Positions 46,756-56,847 of a DNA stretch of 56,871 nt are shown piece by piece. How positions within the stretch are numbered: the stretch's first letter is position 1; each line of letters begins with the position of its first letter. Made by a program: the position numbers and the translations under genes. The notes under the pieces are model-generated. The model searched no databases, was not told where the DNA came from, and worked only from the letters and a program-made list of their open reading frames with translations. This stretch comes from an archaeon. GTDB lineage: Archaea > Iainarchaeota > Iainarchaeia > Iainarchaeales > Iainarchaeaceae. The stretch is taken from the NCBI GenBank assembly GCA_024653905.1, contig JANLGZ010000070.1, positions 1 through 56,871 of the forward strand. The letters run 5' to 3'.

Positions 46756-48483
46756 ATGGCTATTGACTGGAACCTCAAAGAAGAAAAGGAAAAATTCTGG
46801 CATTCATCCGCACACATCATGGCTGCTGCTGTGATTCAGCTTTTTAAGGACGCAAAGCCGACAATCGGGCCCCCTATAGATGAAGGATTCTACTATGATT
46901 TCGACGTTAAAAAACCTTTTACCCCTGAAGATTTTGAAAAAATTGAAAAAAAAGTCGCAGAACTCGTGAAGAAAAACGACAAATTTGAAAGACAGGAAAT
47001 TTCAAAAAAAGAAGCGCTTGAGCTGTTCAAAAATAACAAGTATAAAACAGAAATTATTGAAGAGCTTCCGGAAGGAGAAAAAATAAGCGTTTACAGAAGC
47101 GGGGATTTTTTGGATTTGTGCAGAGGCCCGCACATTGGTTACACTTCCGCAATAAAAGCATTCAAAATTTTGAAAACATCCTCGGCTTACTGGAGAGGGG
47201 ATGCAAAAAAAGAAGCACTGCAGAGGATTTATGCAATAAGCTTTCCTAAAAAAGAAATGCTCGAGGAATTCGTGAAACAAAAGGAAGAAGCGGAAAAAAG
47301 AAACCACTTAAAACTCGGAAAGGAATTGGATTTGTTTTCAATGCAGGGAGAAGCCCCAGGCACTGTTTTCTTTCATGCAAAAGGAACAATACTCTGGAAT
47401 GAACTGACTGATTTCGCAAGAGAAGAACAAAGAAAAAGAAACTACAAAGAAGTGATAACCCCTATAATTCTGAAAAAAGAATTATGGTTAAAAAGCGGCC
47501 ATTGGGATCATTACAAGGAAAATATGTACTTCACAAAAATTGACGGTGAAGAATATGCAATAAAGCCAATGAACTGCCCAGGACACACACTTATTTACTC
47601 CAACAAAAGGCACTCTTACAGAGACCTCCCAATCAGAATGGGTGAATTCGGAATGGTTCACAGGCACGAACTAAGTGGTGTGCTTAATGGTTTATTCAGA
47701 GTTAGAAAGTTTACTCAGGATGATACTCATATTTTTTGTACACCTGAGCAAATTGAAAATGAAATAAAAGAATTATTGGAAATGATTGCACATTATTACA
47801 AAACTTTTGGTTTTGAATACAAAATTGAATTAAGCACAAAACCTGAGAAAGCAATGGGTTCACAAGAAGTGTGGGATAAGGCAGAGAAAGCTTTGAAGAA
47901 TGCTCTTGAAGCAACAAAAACAGAATACAAATTAAATGAAGGAGACGGTGCTTTTTATGGCCCTAAAATCGATTTTCATATAAAAGATTCTTTGGGAAGA
48001 AATTGGCAACTTGGAACAATACAATTAGATTTCCAGATGCCTGAGAAATTTGATCTTAAATATATTGACACTAAGGACAAAGAAGCAAGACCTGTTATGA
48101 TCCACAGGGCCATTTTTGGAAGCATGGAAAGATTCATTGGAATATTAATTGAACATTACGCAGGATTTTTTCCGCTTTGGTTAGCCCCTTTACAGGTTAA
48201 AATTGTTCCTGTGAGTGAGAAGTTTACAGATTATGCGAAAAAAGTTAATACTACTTTTATTGAAAATGGAATCAGGAGTGAAATTGATATACGAACAGAA
48301 ACTGTTTCTTACAGAGTAAGAGAAGCTCAGCTGGAAAAAGTTTTTTACATAATTAATGTAGGGGAAAATGAAGAAAAAGCAAAAACAATAGCTGTTAGAA
48401 ACAGAGAAGGAAAAGTAGAATTTGGAATTAAATTGGATAAATTTGTGGAAAAAATGAAAAAAGAAATTTTAGAGAAAAAATAA
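46756..48483 (+). CDS. thrS: threonine-tRNA ligase (bacterial-type, no TGS domain)
   Basis: HSSAH and DLCRGPH editing motifs, KPMNCP, GAFYGPKID, HRAIFGSMERF; GGAGG SD. Confidence 0.97.
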   Translation: MAIDWNLKEEKEKFWHSSAHIMAAAVIQLFKDAKPTIGPPIDEGFYYDFDVKKPFTPEDFEKIEKKVAELVKKNDKFERQEISKKEALELFKNNKYKTEIIEELPEGEKISVYRSGDFLDLCRGPHIGYTSAIKAFKILKTSSAYWRGDAKKEALQRIYAISFPKKEMLEEFVKQKEEAEKRNHLKLGKELDLFSMQGEAPGTVFFHAKGTILWNELTDFAREEQRKRNYKEVITPIILKKELWLKSGHWDHYKENMYFTKIDGEEYAIKPMNCPGHTLIYSNKRHSYRDLPIRMGEFGMVHRHELSGVLNGLFRVRKFTQDDTHIFCTPEQIENEIKELLEMIAHYYKTFGFEYKIELSTKPEKAMGSQEVWDKAEKALKNALEATKTEYKLNEGDGAFYGPKIDFHIKDSLGRNWQLGTIQLDFQMPEKFDLKYIDTKDKEARPVMIHRAIFGSMERFIGILIEHYAGFFPLWLAPLQVKIVPVSEKFTDYAKKVNTTFIENGIRSEIDIRTETVSYRVREAQLEKVFYIINVGENEEKAKTIAVRNREGKVEFGIKLDKFVEKMKKEILEKK

Positions 48484-48488
48484 TTTAT

Positions 48489-48595
48489 TTTCTTTCTTTT
48501 TGGTAAAGCTCCCTTGCAAAAATTTAAAAATTTTGCAAAGCCTCGTACCTTTTATGGTACAAGGTTTCTTTCTTTTCAAAGAAAGAAAAAGGTTT
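48489..48595. repeat. stack of three palindromes (REP/MITE-like element or terminator)
   Basis: TTGCAAAA/TTTTGCAA (48514-48538), CCT.GTACC/GGTAC.AGG (48541-48564), TTTCTTTCTTT/AAAGAAAGAAA (48565-48588). Confidence 0.6.
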
Positions 48596-48629
48596 ATATT
48601 GTACAAAACCCTCAATTATTCCGACTTCT

Positions 48630-50558
48630 ATGGCAGACTATATGGATGACTTATTCAGTAAAATAAAGTCAAAAAAAGGCGGAAAAGGGAATGATTCCGG
48701 AATTCCTGAAAAAGAACCTACAAAATCTGAACCGATTCAACAGCAGTCCAAAAAACCTGTTTCTAATACAACCAAAAAATTAATGGAAGAGATAGAAAAA
48801 GCAGAACAGCAGATGAAAAGACCTGCAACAGAACCTGAATTCGAACCCGAAGTAAACTTAAAATATGATGAAGTTGCAGAAAACACCGAACCAATGCAAA
48901 AACAGGTTAATGTTAGCAGAGTAGAGATTCAGGCTGAACAAACTCAAGCTCAGATAATTGCAAAAGAAAATGATGAAGCAACACAAAAAGCAGAAGAAGC
49001 CAAGAAAAAAATCGAGGAAATGAAAAAAGAACTCCCTAAACAGGAAAAAGGTCTTCCTGATACAATTGAAGCAGTTCCAGATGAACAAAAATCACAAACT
49101 GAAAAACAATTAGCAAATTCAAACAAAAAATTATTAGAAGAATATGGAAATACAAAAATTTATGAGGTTCCTGGAGAACCACTTCTTTTTTACTGGACGC
49201 CTGTGCCAAGGCCTGTTGGAAGCGAAAAGGCAATTATTAATACTATTAAAGAAGCAGCAACAAGAATAGTCAGCATAACCCCTTACAAAATCAGAAATCA
49301 GGAGCAACGAAGGAATGTTTACACTCAAAAAATTCTCGAAATACTTAGAGATTCTCCGGAATTAAATATTCCTAAAACAAGATATGAGTTTTATGCAGAT
49401 GCTGTTGTAAGGGAAATGGTTGGTTATGGTCTGATAGATGATCTTATCAAGGATGATAAGCTGGAGGAAATAATGATTATAGGCCCGAAGCTTCCGGTTT
49501 ATGTTTTTCACAGAAAATATGAAATGATGCTTACCAATATTGAATTTTATTCAGATAATGAGATTCAGGATTTAATCAACAGGATTGCAAGGCAGATTGG
49601 AAGAAGAGTTGATTTAAGCAGTCCTCTTTTGGATGCAAGACTCCCTGATGGAAGCCGTGTTAATGCAACCGTGCCCCCATCATCGGTTCAGGGTTCGACT
49701 TTAACAATCAGAAAATTCAGAGATGATCCTTACACTATAATAGATATGATTAATTATGGAACAATCAGTGCAGATGCAGCGGCATTTCTCTGGGTGTGTG
49801 TTGAGGGACTTAATACAAGACCTGCAAATATTTTAATTGCCGGAGGAACAGGATCTGGAAAAACAACAACACTGAATGTTCTGGCAAGTTTTGTTCCTGA
49901 AACAGAAAGAATAATTTCAATAGAGGACACAGCTGAACTGAACCTTCCTTTGAAACACTGGATTAGAATGGAAGCAAGACCTCCGGGCCTTGAAGGGACA
50001 GGAGAATTGACACTTGATATTTTAACCAAAAATTCTTTGAGAATGAGGCCGGATAGGATTATTGTAGGAGAAATCAGGCATGATGAGGCATTCTCATTAT
50101 TCACTGCATTCAATACTGGACATGATGGTTCTTTGGGAACTGTACACGCAAACAGCCCTGATGAAACAATAATTAGGGTTACAAATCCGCCAATGAATGT
50201 GCCTGAGATTATGCTTTCAGGATTAAATTTTATTGTTGTACAGCACAGACTGCATGACAGAAAAACAGGAACAATAAGAAGAGTAACTGAAATTGCTGAA
50301 GTTGTTGATGTGCTTAAAGGAAAGGCTAAAACCGAGTTAATTTACTCTAGAGACGCCAAAACCGATTCCCTTAAAAAGACAAAAACACAAGTTAAGTACC
50401 TTCAATTACTGGCAAATATGAGCGGAATGACCGTAAATGAAATTGAAGCAGAAATCAAAAAAAGAGAAGAATTCCTCTTAAAATTGGCAAAACAAAAAAA
50501 ACATAAAATGAGTGAAGTTGCGCCGGAATTGAAACAATATTTGTTAAAAGGTCGATAA
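48630..50558 (+). CDS. type IV pilus assembly ATPase (TadA/CpaF/VirB11-like)
   Basis: DARLPDGSRV, GGTGSGKTT, IEDTAEL, LRMRPDRIIVGEIR, NTGH..GTVHA. Confidence 0.95.
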   Translation: MADYMDDLFSKIKSKKGGKGNDSGIPEKEPTKSEPIQQQSKKPVSNTTKKLMEEIEKAEQQMKRPATEPEFEPEVNLKYDEVAENTEPMQKQVNVSRVEIQAEQTQAQIIAKENDEATQKAEEAKKKIEEMKKELPKQEKGLPDTIEAVPDEQKSQTEKQLANSNKKLLEEYGNTKIYEVPGEPLLFYWTPVPRPVGSEKAIINTIKEAATRIVSITPYKIRNQEQRRNVYTQKILEILRDSPELNIPKTRYEFYADAVVREMVGYGLIDDLIKDDKLEEIMIIGPKLPVYVFHRKYEMMLTNIEFYSDNEIQDLINRIARQIGRRVDLSSPLLDARLPDGSRVNATVPPSSVQGSTLTIRKFRDDPYTIIDMINYGTISADAAAFLWVCVEGLNTRPANILIAGGTGSGKTTTLNVLASFVPETERIISIEDTAELNLPLKHWIRMEARPPGLEGTGELTLDILTKNSLRMRPDRIIVGEIRHDEAFSLFTAFNTGHDGSLGTVHANSPDETIIRVTNPPMNVPEIMLSGLNFIVVQHRLHDRKTGTIRRVTEIAEVVDVLKGKAKTELIYSRDAKTDSLKKTKTQVKYLQLLANMSGMTVNEIEAEIKKREEFLLKLAKQKKHKMSEVAPELKQYLLKGR

Positions 50559-50561
50559 AAA

Positions 50562-51695
50562 ATGCCAAGCCTTGATAATCTGAAAAAAACAATCGAAGAA
50601 AAAGATAAGAAAAAAAAAGATTTCGATAAAAAACCTGAAACTGTTGATTATGACCAGGTTGAAAAAATTGTAGGCAGGATGAAAAAGAAATACCGTGAAC
50701 AAGGCGTTGAATTTGAACAAGTTGGCGGAAAATTAGGAGAATTAAGAGGAATTATTGCAGAGGGAGAACAGGCAAAAATTAATGTTCAAAAAGTTGAGGA
50801 CTTGCAGGAATTTCAATCCCCGGCAATTAAACAATTGGGTTCATTTTACTTATTATTCAAATTACCATTCCAACCAATTTCTAATTTACTGAAAAGATTA
50901 CCATTAGCAAGCGATATTAGATATTATCTTTACTCAGCAAATATGAAATATTCTTTGAACCAATGGCTGGCTATTGCAATTTCAACAGCAGCAATTGCGG
51001 GTTTGTTTGTTGGAGTTATAATCGCATCAATTAGTTTATTGCTGGAACTTCCTTATGTACTTTCAATAGTATTTGGAATAGCAGTTGGCTTTTTTACTTT
51101 GCTTATAATGTTAATGATTCCAAAAAGCAAAGCACAAAGAAGAGGAGAAGATGTGAGTGTGGAACTTCCTTTTGCATTAAGGCACATGTCTACAGAACTA
51201 AAAGCAGGAATTGGTTTGTACAAAACACTGCAAACAATTGCTACATCTGATTATGGTATTTTAAGCGAAGAATTTTCAAGAACAATCAGCGAAATTGAGG
51301 AAGGCACAGACACCAAAGATGCCTTGAGACACTTTGCACTCAGAACGCAATCCAAAGCACTCAGAAGCGCATTATTCCATATTATAAGAGCTCTGAAAAC
51401 AGGCGGAAACTTATCTGAAATAATGAACACAATTGCAGAGGATGTTAGTTTTGATATGAGAGTAAAAATCAGAGACTTTGCAGAAAAAATGAATTTCTTT
51501 GGAGTAATTTATATTTTCATTGCAATTGTAGCACCCGTATTTGTTGCGATTATAGGCGCGGTTACTAACGCACCAATAGCAATAGGCAGTTTTGCAATTC
51601 ATCCACTTGCAGTAGCCGGCTATCTTATTGTAATACAATCATTTATACTTGGTTTTTTAATATTTTATTTAAAAATATCACAACCGAGGGTTTAA
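50562..51695 (+). CDS. type II/IV secretion F-domain membrane platform protein
   Basis: ELPFALRHM..LKAG, YG.LSEEF, TGGNL. Confidence 0.92.
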   Translation: MPSLDNLKKTIEEKDKKKKDFDKKPETVDYDQVEKIVGRMKKKYREQGVEFEQVGGKLGELRGIIAEGEQAKINVQKVEDLQEFQSPAIKQLGSFYLLFKLPFQPISNLLKRLPLASDIRYYLYSANMKYSLNQWLAIAISTAAIAGLFVGVIIASISLLLELPYVLSIVFGIAVGFFTLLIMLMIPKSKAQRRGEDVSVELPFALRHMSTELKAGIGLYKTLQTIATSDYGILSEEFSRTISEIEEGTDTKDALRHFALRTQSKALRSALFHIIRALKTGGNLSEIMNTIAEDVSFDMRVKIRDFAEKMNFFGVIYIFIAIVAPVFVAIIGAVTNAPIAIGSFAIHPLAVAGYLIVIQSFILGFLIFYLKISQPRV

Positions 51696-51696
51696 C

Positions 51697-52659
51697 ATGG
51701 CACTAAGAATAATTGAAAACACACCAATCCTGAGAAAATCTGCTATACTGCAAAAATATTCTTCTTACTTGAAAAGCAGTGAATTCAAAGTAGATGCATT
51801 CCTATGGATAATAATCTCTGTAATCTTTTCAATCATAATAGGATTAGCTGTTTTTGTTTTCACAGGAATAATATTCACTCCTTTTGCTGACAAAAGCATC
51901 CAACTCGGAGCACTGTTCTTTTTGGTTCTTATTGACTTGATGATTGGTTACCCTTACTTAAAAGCTCAGCAAAGAATTGATGAAATAGAAGAAGCTCTTC
52001 CTGATGCATTAAGGCAGATGTCTGATACTTTAAGAGCAGGCGGAACTTATGAATACGCCTTGAGGGAAATTGCAAACGCAGAATACGGTCCTTTGAAAAA
52101 AGAAATGAATGAAGTTTTAAGAAAACTTGAAGAAGGAGAAAACTTTGAAAACTCAATGAAAAGCCTTGCGGAAAATATTGATTCAAGACTTGTTCGAAGA
52201 ACAGTAACAATCATAATTGATTCAGTTTATGCAGGAGCAGGACTTGCAAATGTACTGGAAGAAATAGCAGAAGATGTAAGAGAATCTCACAGAATTAACA
52301 AAGACAGAAAAGCAAGAACCGTAATGCAAGTTATTTTCATGTTTGCTGCTGGCGGATTTATTGCACCAATGATTTTCGGTTTTGTATCAACTATTTCCAC
52401 ATTACTCATAACTGCAGCATCATCAGTTGCATCACAAGCGGAACAGGCATCAGCAAAAAGTGCTTTGGGAATTATTAACACTTCTATCCAAGCATACATT
52501 TTCATTGAAACTCTAGCCACTGCTTTAATGATGGCAATCATGAGAGATGGAAATCTCGGGAAAAGTATTATATACTTCCCAGTTCTCTTGTTTATAGCAT
52601 ATTTAGCTTATATAGCCGCAGAATTTGCCGCTTCAACATTAGTAGGTACGGTAGGATGA
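51697..52659 (+). CDS. type II/IV secretion F-domain membrane platform protein
   Basis: IEEALPDALRQMSDTLRAG, YGPLKKE, AGAGLANVL. Confidence 0.92.
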   Translation: MALRIIENTPILRKSAILQKYSSYLKSSEFKVDAFLWIIISVIFSIIIGLAVFVFTGIIFTPFADKSIQLGALFFLVLIDLMIGYPYLKAQQRIDEIEEALPDALRQMSDTLRAGGTYEYALREIANAEYGPLKKEMNEVLRKLEEGENFENSMKSLAENIDSRLVRRTVTIIIDSVYAGAGLANVLEEIAEDVRESHRINKDRKARTVMQVIFMFAAGGFIAPMIFGFVSTISTLLITAASSVASQAEQASAKSALGIINTSIQAYIFIETLATALMMAIMRDGNLGKSIIYFPVLLFIAYLAYIAAEFAASTLVGTVG

Positions 52660-52814
52660 ACTTATTAAAAGAAGAAAAAGGACAGACATCAATAGAAATA
52701 ATTATATTGCTAGGAGCAGTCATAGTTGTGGTTACTTTCGTTATGTTAGGAATAAAGAATAATATAGTTAACGAAGGTGGCCAGAGAATCGCAGATGTAA
52801 TAAATGATAGTTAA
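52656..52814 (+). CDS. 52-aa mini-pilin (missed by the ORF track)
   Basis: MNLLKEEKG/QTSIEIIILLGAVIVVVTFVMLGIKNNIVNEGGQRIADVINDS; ATGA overlap. Confidence 0.82.
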   Translation: MNLLKEEKGQTSIEIIILLGAVIVVVTFVMLGIKNNIVNEGGQRIADVINDS

Positions 52815-52860
52815 AATCATAAATTTAAAAAACAATAAACTAAAAAAGGAGGGAAATAAT

Positions 52861-53121
52861 TTGGATAAAAAAGGACAAGGAGCACTCGAGTATCTTCTAC
52901 TAATTGGTGGAGCAGTACTGGTTGCAGTAATAGTTATAACATTGCTGTTAAGCATTGCTGATACTGGACAAGATGAAACTAGCCAATCAACAGCAGCAGC
53001 ACTCTGTAGAACTAACGCAATTCAAGCTAATGCATCAACCCCAGTATGTGCAGGAACAACAACTGTTAATGGAACAACATACACATGCGGTGGAACATTC
53101 CCTAACTGTACAGCTACATAA
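52861..53121 (+). CDS. probable major pilin
   Basis: TTG start after strong AGGAGG SD; MDKKG/QGALEYLLLIGGAVLVAVIV; four Cys. Confidence 0.88.
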   Translation: MDKKGQGALEYLLLIGGAVLVAVIVITLLLSIADTGQDETSQSTAAALCRTNAIQANASTPVCAGTTTVNGTTYTCGGTFPNCTAT

Positions 53122-53136
53122 ATTGAGTGACATTAT

Positions 53137-53307
53137 ATGAATGAGAAGGCTCAGGTTTCGATTGAATATCTATTTACAGTGCTGTTTGCACTGTTGTTAG
53201 TTATCGCCGTAACCATAATAGCCTTCCAAATGGATATCGTGGCACAAAGAGCACAGAACCAAGTACTCATAAACAGGGATGAAACAATCCAAAGCCTTTC
53301 GGGATGA
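53137..53307 (+). CDS. 56-aa mini-pilin (missed by the ORF track)
   Basis: MNEKA/QVSIEYLFTVLFALLLVIAV...; ATGA overlap with the peptidase gene. Confidence 0.82.
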   Translation: MNEKAQVSIEYLFTVLFALLLVIAVTIIAFQMDIVAQRAQNQVLINRDETIQSLSG

Positions 53308-54437
53308 TCACTTTGATCATCCAACTCTATTTCTTTACAACCCTAATAGGATTACTTATAGCAACCTACACCGACCTCAAGGAAAGGATGGTGTACAACA
53401 AACTAACTTTCACTCTAATAGGCCTTGGAATTGGATTAAAAATTATTGAAGCAATAAAGGCAGAAAGTATTGAACCAATTTTAATAGCAGTAATAGGCGG
53501 AGTTATTGCATTTACGGCATCTTATTTAATGTGGCACCTCGGCATATGGGCTGGTGGAGATGTAAAGCTTGTAACAGCAATAGCAATAATCAACCCAATA
53601 AATTATGCATTCCTAGCGCCGTTCATTGGTTTGGCAGGATGGCCGTTCACAACACTTAATTTACCCATATTCTCAATCAGCATAATATTATACTCAGCAC
53701 TTGCGGTTTTTCCACTTGGAATAATGATGAGCTTTACAGCACTTGTGAAGCATCCAAAAGTATTAGGGAAAACTGTTCACCTAATGAAAGAAAAAATAAA
53801 ACAATTAATCGGGTTAAGCGTAATACTCGCAGGCCTGAATATTATATTAGAAATGTTTGCAATAACAAGCTTTGCAACAATAGTAATTCTTGCGATAATT
53901 GCTTTTTTCCCAAAAAAAATCAGAATAACACTAATAGGAATAATCGGTCTTGCAGGGTTATTGCTGAATGCACAGGGATTTTTTGTAAACGCCGTACTTG
54001 TTTTTATTCCATTATCCATAGGTTATTTTATTTGGAAACTTTATAATGAATCAAAAGAATATGCTTTCAAAGAAACAATAAAAATCGAAAAATTAGAGGA
54101 AGGAATGATTCCTGATAAATATGTTGTTGAAAAGAATAACAGGATAGAGTTGGTGGAAGGACCATCAATAAAAAGAGTTATAAAGAACTTAATGAATAAT
54201 AAAATAGAAACCTCTTTGGAAGACTTCAAAGTCAAGGGAAAAGTAATTGGAAGCCCTGCACAAGCAGGAGGATTCACAGAGAAGGAAGTTCAAAGATTAA
54301 AGGAAAAAGCAAAGAAAGGTTTTGGTCCGAAAGAAATTGTTGTAAGAAAAACAATGGCTTTTGTACCCGCTATACTAATAGCGTATCTTGTCTTGCAATT
54401 AAGTGGCGATGTGATATGGAATTTAATACTAATGTAA
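53304..54437 (+). CDS. prepilin peptidase (A24, EppA-like)
   Basis: YTDLKER and WAGGDVKL catalytic Asp motifs; C-terminal LEEGMI and FVPAI. Confidence 0.92.
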   Translation: MITLIIQLYFFTTLIGLLIATYTDLKERMVYNKLTFTLIGLGIGLKIIEAIKAESIEPILIAVIGGVIAFTASYLMWHLGIWAGGDVKLVTAIAIINPINYAFLAPFIGLAGWPFTTLNLPIFSISIILYSALAVFPLGIMMSFTALVKHPKVLGKTVHLMKEKIKQLIGLSVILAGLNIILEMFAITSFATIVILAIIAFFPKKIRITLIGIIGLAGLLLNAQGFFVNAVLVFIPLSIGYFIWKLYNESKEYAFKETIKIEKLEEGMIPDKYVVEKNNRIELVEGPSIKRVIKNLMNNKIETSLEDFKVKGKVIGSPAQAGGFTEKEVQRLKEKAKKGFGPKEIVVRKTMAFVPAILIAYLVLQLSGDVIWNLILM

Positions 54438-54919
54438 AAGGACAGGCTTCTATAGAATTTTTATTCGTAATGCTGATTGCAATAGTGTTTATTGTTGCAA
54501 TTGTACAACCAAGTGCGGATTTGGCTTCAAACTCAACCAAGGATGTTGCAAATTTAACTCAATTAAAAATTTCAGCAGAAAAACTCGCAAGCACAATAGA
54601 ATTTGTTTCCTTATCAGGAACAGGCACAAGACAAACAATTACTATTACAGTACCAAAAGAAAGTACACTGAAGTGCGACCCAGCATCTAATTCTACTAAA
54701 ATTATTACAGAATATACTGCTCTTTCACATGCACAGCAACCAATAATTGGAGTAAATGGATGCGATAAAGATACTGGGATTTGTACAAATACTATAATTC
54801 TACAATCACAAATCATGTGTGAGGGAAACAAACCAGAAGTAGCAATACCAGAGGGACAAACACTTAATGTTAAAGTAGAAAATAATGGCACCCCCTCAAT
54901 TCAAGTTACATTTATTTAA
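54416..54919 (+). CDS. class III signal peptide pilin
   Basis: KG/QASIEFLFVMLIAI. Confidence 0.85.
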   Translation: MEFNTNVKGQASIEFLFVMLIAIVFIVAIVQPSADLASNSTKDVANLTQLKISAEKLASTIEFVSLSGTGTRQTITITVPKESTLKCDPASNSTKIITEYTALSHAQQPIIGVNGCDKDTGICTNTIILQSQIMCEGNKPEVAIPEGQTLNVKVENNGTPSIQVTFI

Positions 54920-54931
54920 AGGCGATGAAAA

Positions 54932-55282
54932 TTGAAAAAAGGTCAGCTGAGCGTAGAATTGGTTATAATTATTGGAGTGGTAATAATTCTCTCGCTCATG
55001 ATACTTACAAAATTTATTAGTGAAGAAGGCACCATATTTAATGATGCTACTGCAAGACAGATAGCAATCAGTGAAATTGGAAAGTTTGACAAACAATATA
55101 CTTTGGATAGGATTCAGACCGCAATATGTGAAGAAAACCTCAAAATAGTTGTATCTATATACCCTTCATTGGAGCTTAGTCCAAACAACAAAACTGATTT
55201 TGAACAAGAACTAAACAATGCTTTCCCGTCTTATGACTCCGTGAATATAATTTACTCCGCAGAAACCATCACCTGCCCATAA
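54932..55282 (+). CDS. class III signal peptide pilin
   Basis: MKKG/QLSVELVIIIG. Confidence 0.82.
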   Translation: MKKGQLSVELVIIIGVVIILSLMILTKFISEEGTIFNDATARQIAISEIGKFDKQYTLDRIQTAICEENLKIVVSIYPSLELSPNNKTDFEQELNNAFPSYDSVNIIYSAETITCP

Positions 55283-55327
55283 TCGTCAATCAACGAATTT
55301 TTATTCTTTTTCTATTATTGTAATAGT

Positions 55328-55681
55328 ATGCTAATTGATCTCCAAAAAACCAAAATAATAGGGTTAGGACTGGCTTTAGTAGGGTTAATGGTTCTGGCAA
55401 TGGTTCTTCCGGAAGAAAGAAATCTGAGAATTTCTGAAATAAAACAGGAATATATCGGAGAAACTATCATAGTTGTTGGAATTATTAAAGAATTAGAAAT
55501 CAGGAACGGGAATGTGTTCTTTTTCTTGGAAAACGAATCCGGAATAAAGGCAGTTTATTTTAGCCCCAAAACTGAGCAGATGCTTATTCTGAAAGAAAAT
55601 GAAACAATAAAAGCAACCGCACAAATCAGCAGTTACAAAAATGAATTAGAATTAATAATTGAAAAAGTTGAGAGGACTTGA
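55328..55681 (+). CDS. membrane-anchored OB-fold protein
   Basis: N-terminal TM; IGETIIVVGII...GIKAVYF...YKNELELIIEKV OB-fold pattern. Confidence 0.8.
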   Translation: MLIDLQKTKIIGLGLALVGLMVLAMVLPEERNLRISEIKQEYIGETIIVVGIIKELEIRNGNVFFFLENESGIKAVYFSPKTEQMLILKENETIKATAQISSYKNELELIIEKVERT

Positions 55682-56847
55682 TAGAAGAAATAAATTTTTT
55701 ATTAATAGGAATTATTGCAGGAACAATAACCGGATTAATTCCGGGTTTGCACGCAAACACAATTGCACTAATAACAATTTATTCCCCATTAGAAAAAAAT
55801 ATTGGATTTGCTTTGTTTGTAATTTCAATGAGCATTACTCATTCATTTGTTGATGCAATCCCAACAATCTTATTGGGCGCACCATCAGAAGAAAGTTTTC
55901 TCAGTGTTCTTCCCGGACACAGAATGCTTCTGCAGGGAAAAGGATTTGAAGCAATTCAATTAACAATTTTTGGAGGATTATTTGCTTCAATCACAGCACT
56001 ACTTTTAATGCCGTTCTTTTTTTCTTTCACAAACAATTACAGCGAAACTTTACCCATTATAATTCCTGCAATTTTATTCGGAACACTGGTTTTATTATTA
56101 TTTAGTGAAAAAAATAAGCTCAATGCAATTATTGTAATATTGTTTTCATCAATACTTGGAATTATTGTACTGAACTCAGGAATAAAAAATCCTGTACTGG
56201 CATTAGTAATAGGTTTTTTTGCAATCCCTAGTTTATTACAATCTATTTTTTCAGATACAAAAATACCAGAACAAAAAAAGAGTTTTGGGAACGGGAGTTC
56301 AAAAACAGCAATGCTTGCAGGTTTTGTTTCAGGGTTGATTTCAATTTTTCCAGGAATAGGACCAAGTCAGGCTGCTTTTGTTTCGAAAAAAATTTTTAGA
56401 AATATGGGGAAAAGAGGTTACCTAACAATAATCGGCGGAATAAACACTGCCAATTTATTGTTTAGTTTACTGATGCTTTTGGTTATTGGAAAAACAAGAA
56501 CAGGAATGACAGTGGCATTAAATAATATTATTTCTGTTGATATGAAAATATTTCCAATATTGCTTGCAGGAGCTGTTGTTAGTGTGGGTTTAGCAACAAT
56601 TGTAAGCGAATTTGTTGCAGGGGAAGCAATTAAAATCACAAAAATGAACTATCAAAACATAAGCAAAGCAATCTTAATTTTTCTTGTTTTTATAGTGATT
56701 TATTTATCAGGAATAATGGGTTTAATTGTTGCTTTAAGCGCAACAGGGATTTCTTTGTTTGGTTTAGCAGGAAAGGTAAAAAGAAGCTTAGCAATGAGTT
56801 TTCTCATGGTTCCTACAATGCTTTTTTATCTCGGAATCGTTTTTTAA
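55678..56847 (+). CDS. TctA/DUF112-family membrane protein
   Basis: GLIPGLHAN, IPTILLGAP, SVLPGHRMLL.G.G.EAI, PGIGPSQA, G.TRTG. Confidence 0.9.
   Translation: MIEEINFLLIGIIAGTITGLIPGLHANTIALITIYSPLEKNIGFALFVISMSITHSFVDAIPTILLGAPSEESFLSVLPGHRMLLQGKGFEAIQLTIFGGLFASITALLLMPFFFSFTNNYSETLPIIIPAILFGTLVLLLFSEKNKLNAIIVILFSSILGIIVLNSGIKNPVLALVIGFFAIPSLLQSIFSDTKIPEQKKSFGNGSSKTAMLAGFVSGLISIFPGIGPSQAAFVSKKIFRNMGKRGYLTIIGGINTANLLFSLLMLLVIGKTRTGMTVALNNIISVDMKIFPILLAGAVVSVGLATIVSEFVAGEAIKITKMNYQNISKAILIFLVFIVIYLSGIMGLIVALSATGISLFGLAGKVKRSLAMSFLMVPTMLFYLGIVF

Noticed and set aside
52804..52860. Longer N-terminus for the major pilin
   Set aside because: A strong AGGAGG SD precedes TTG at 52861, and the extension overlaps the upstream mini-pilin.
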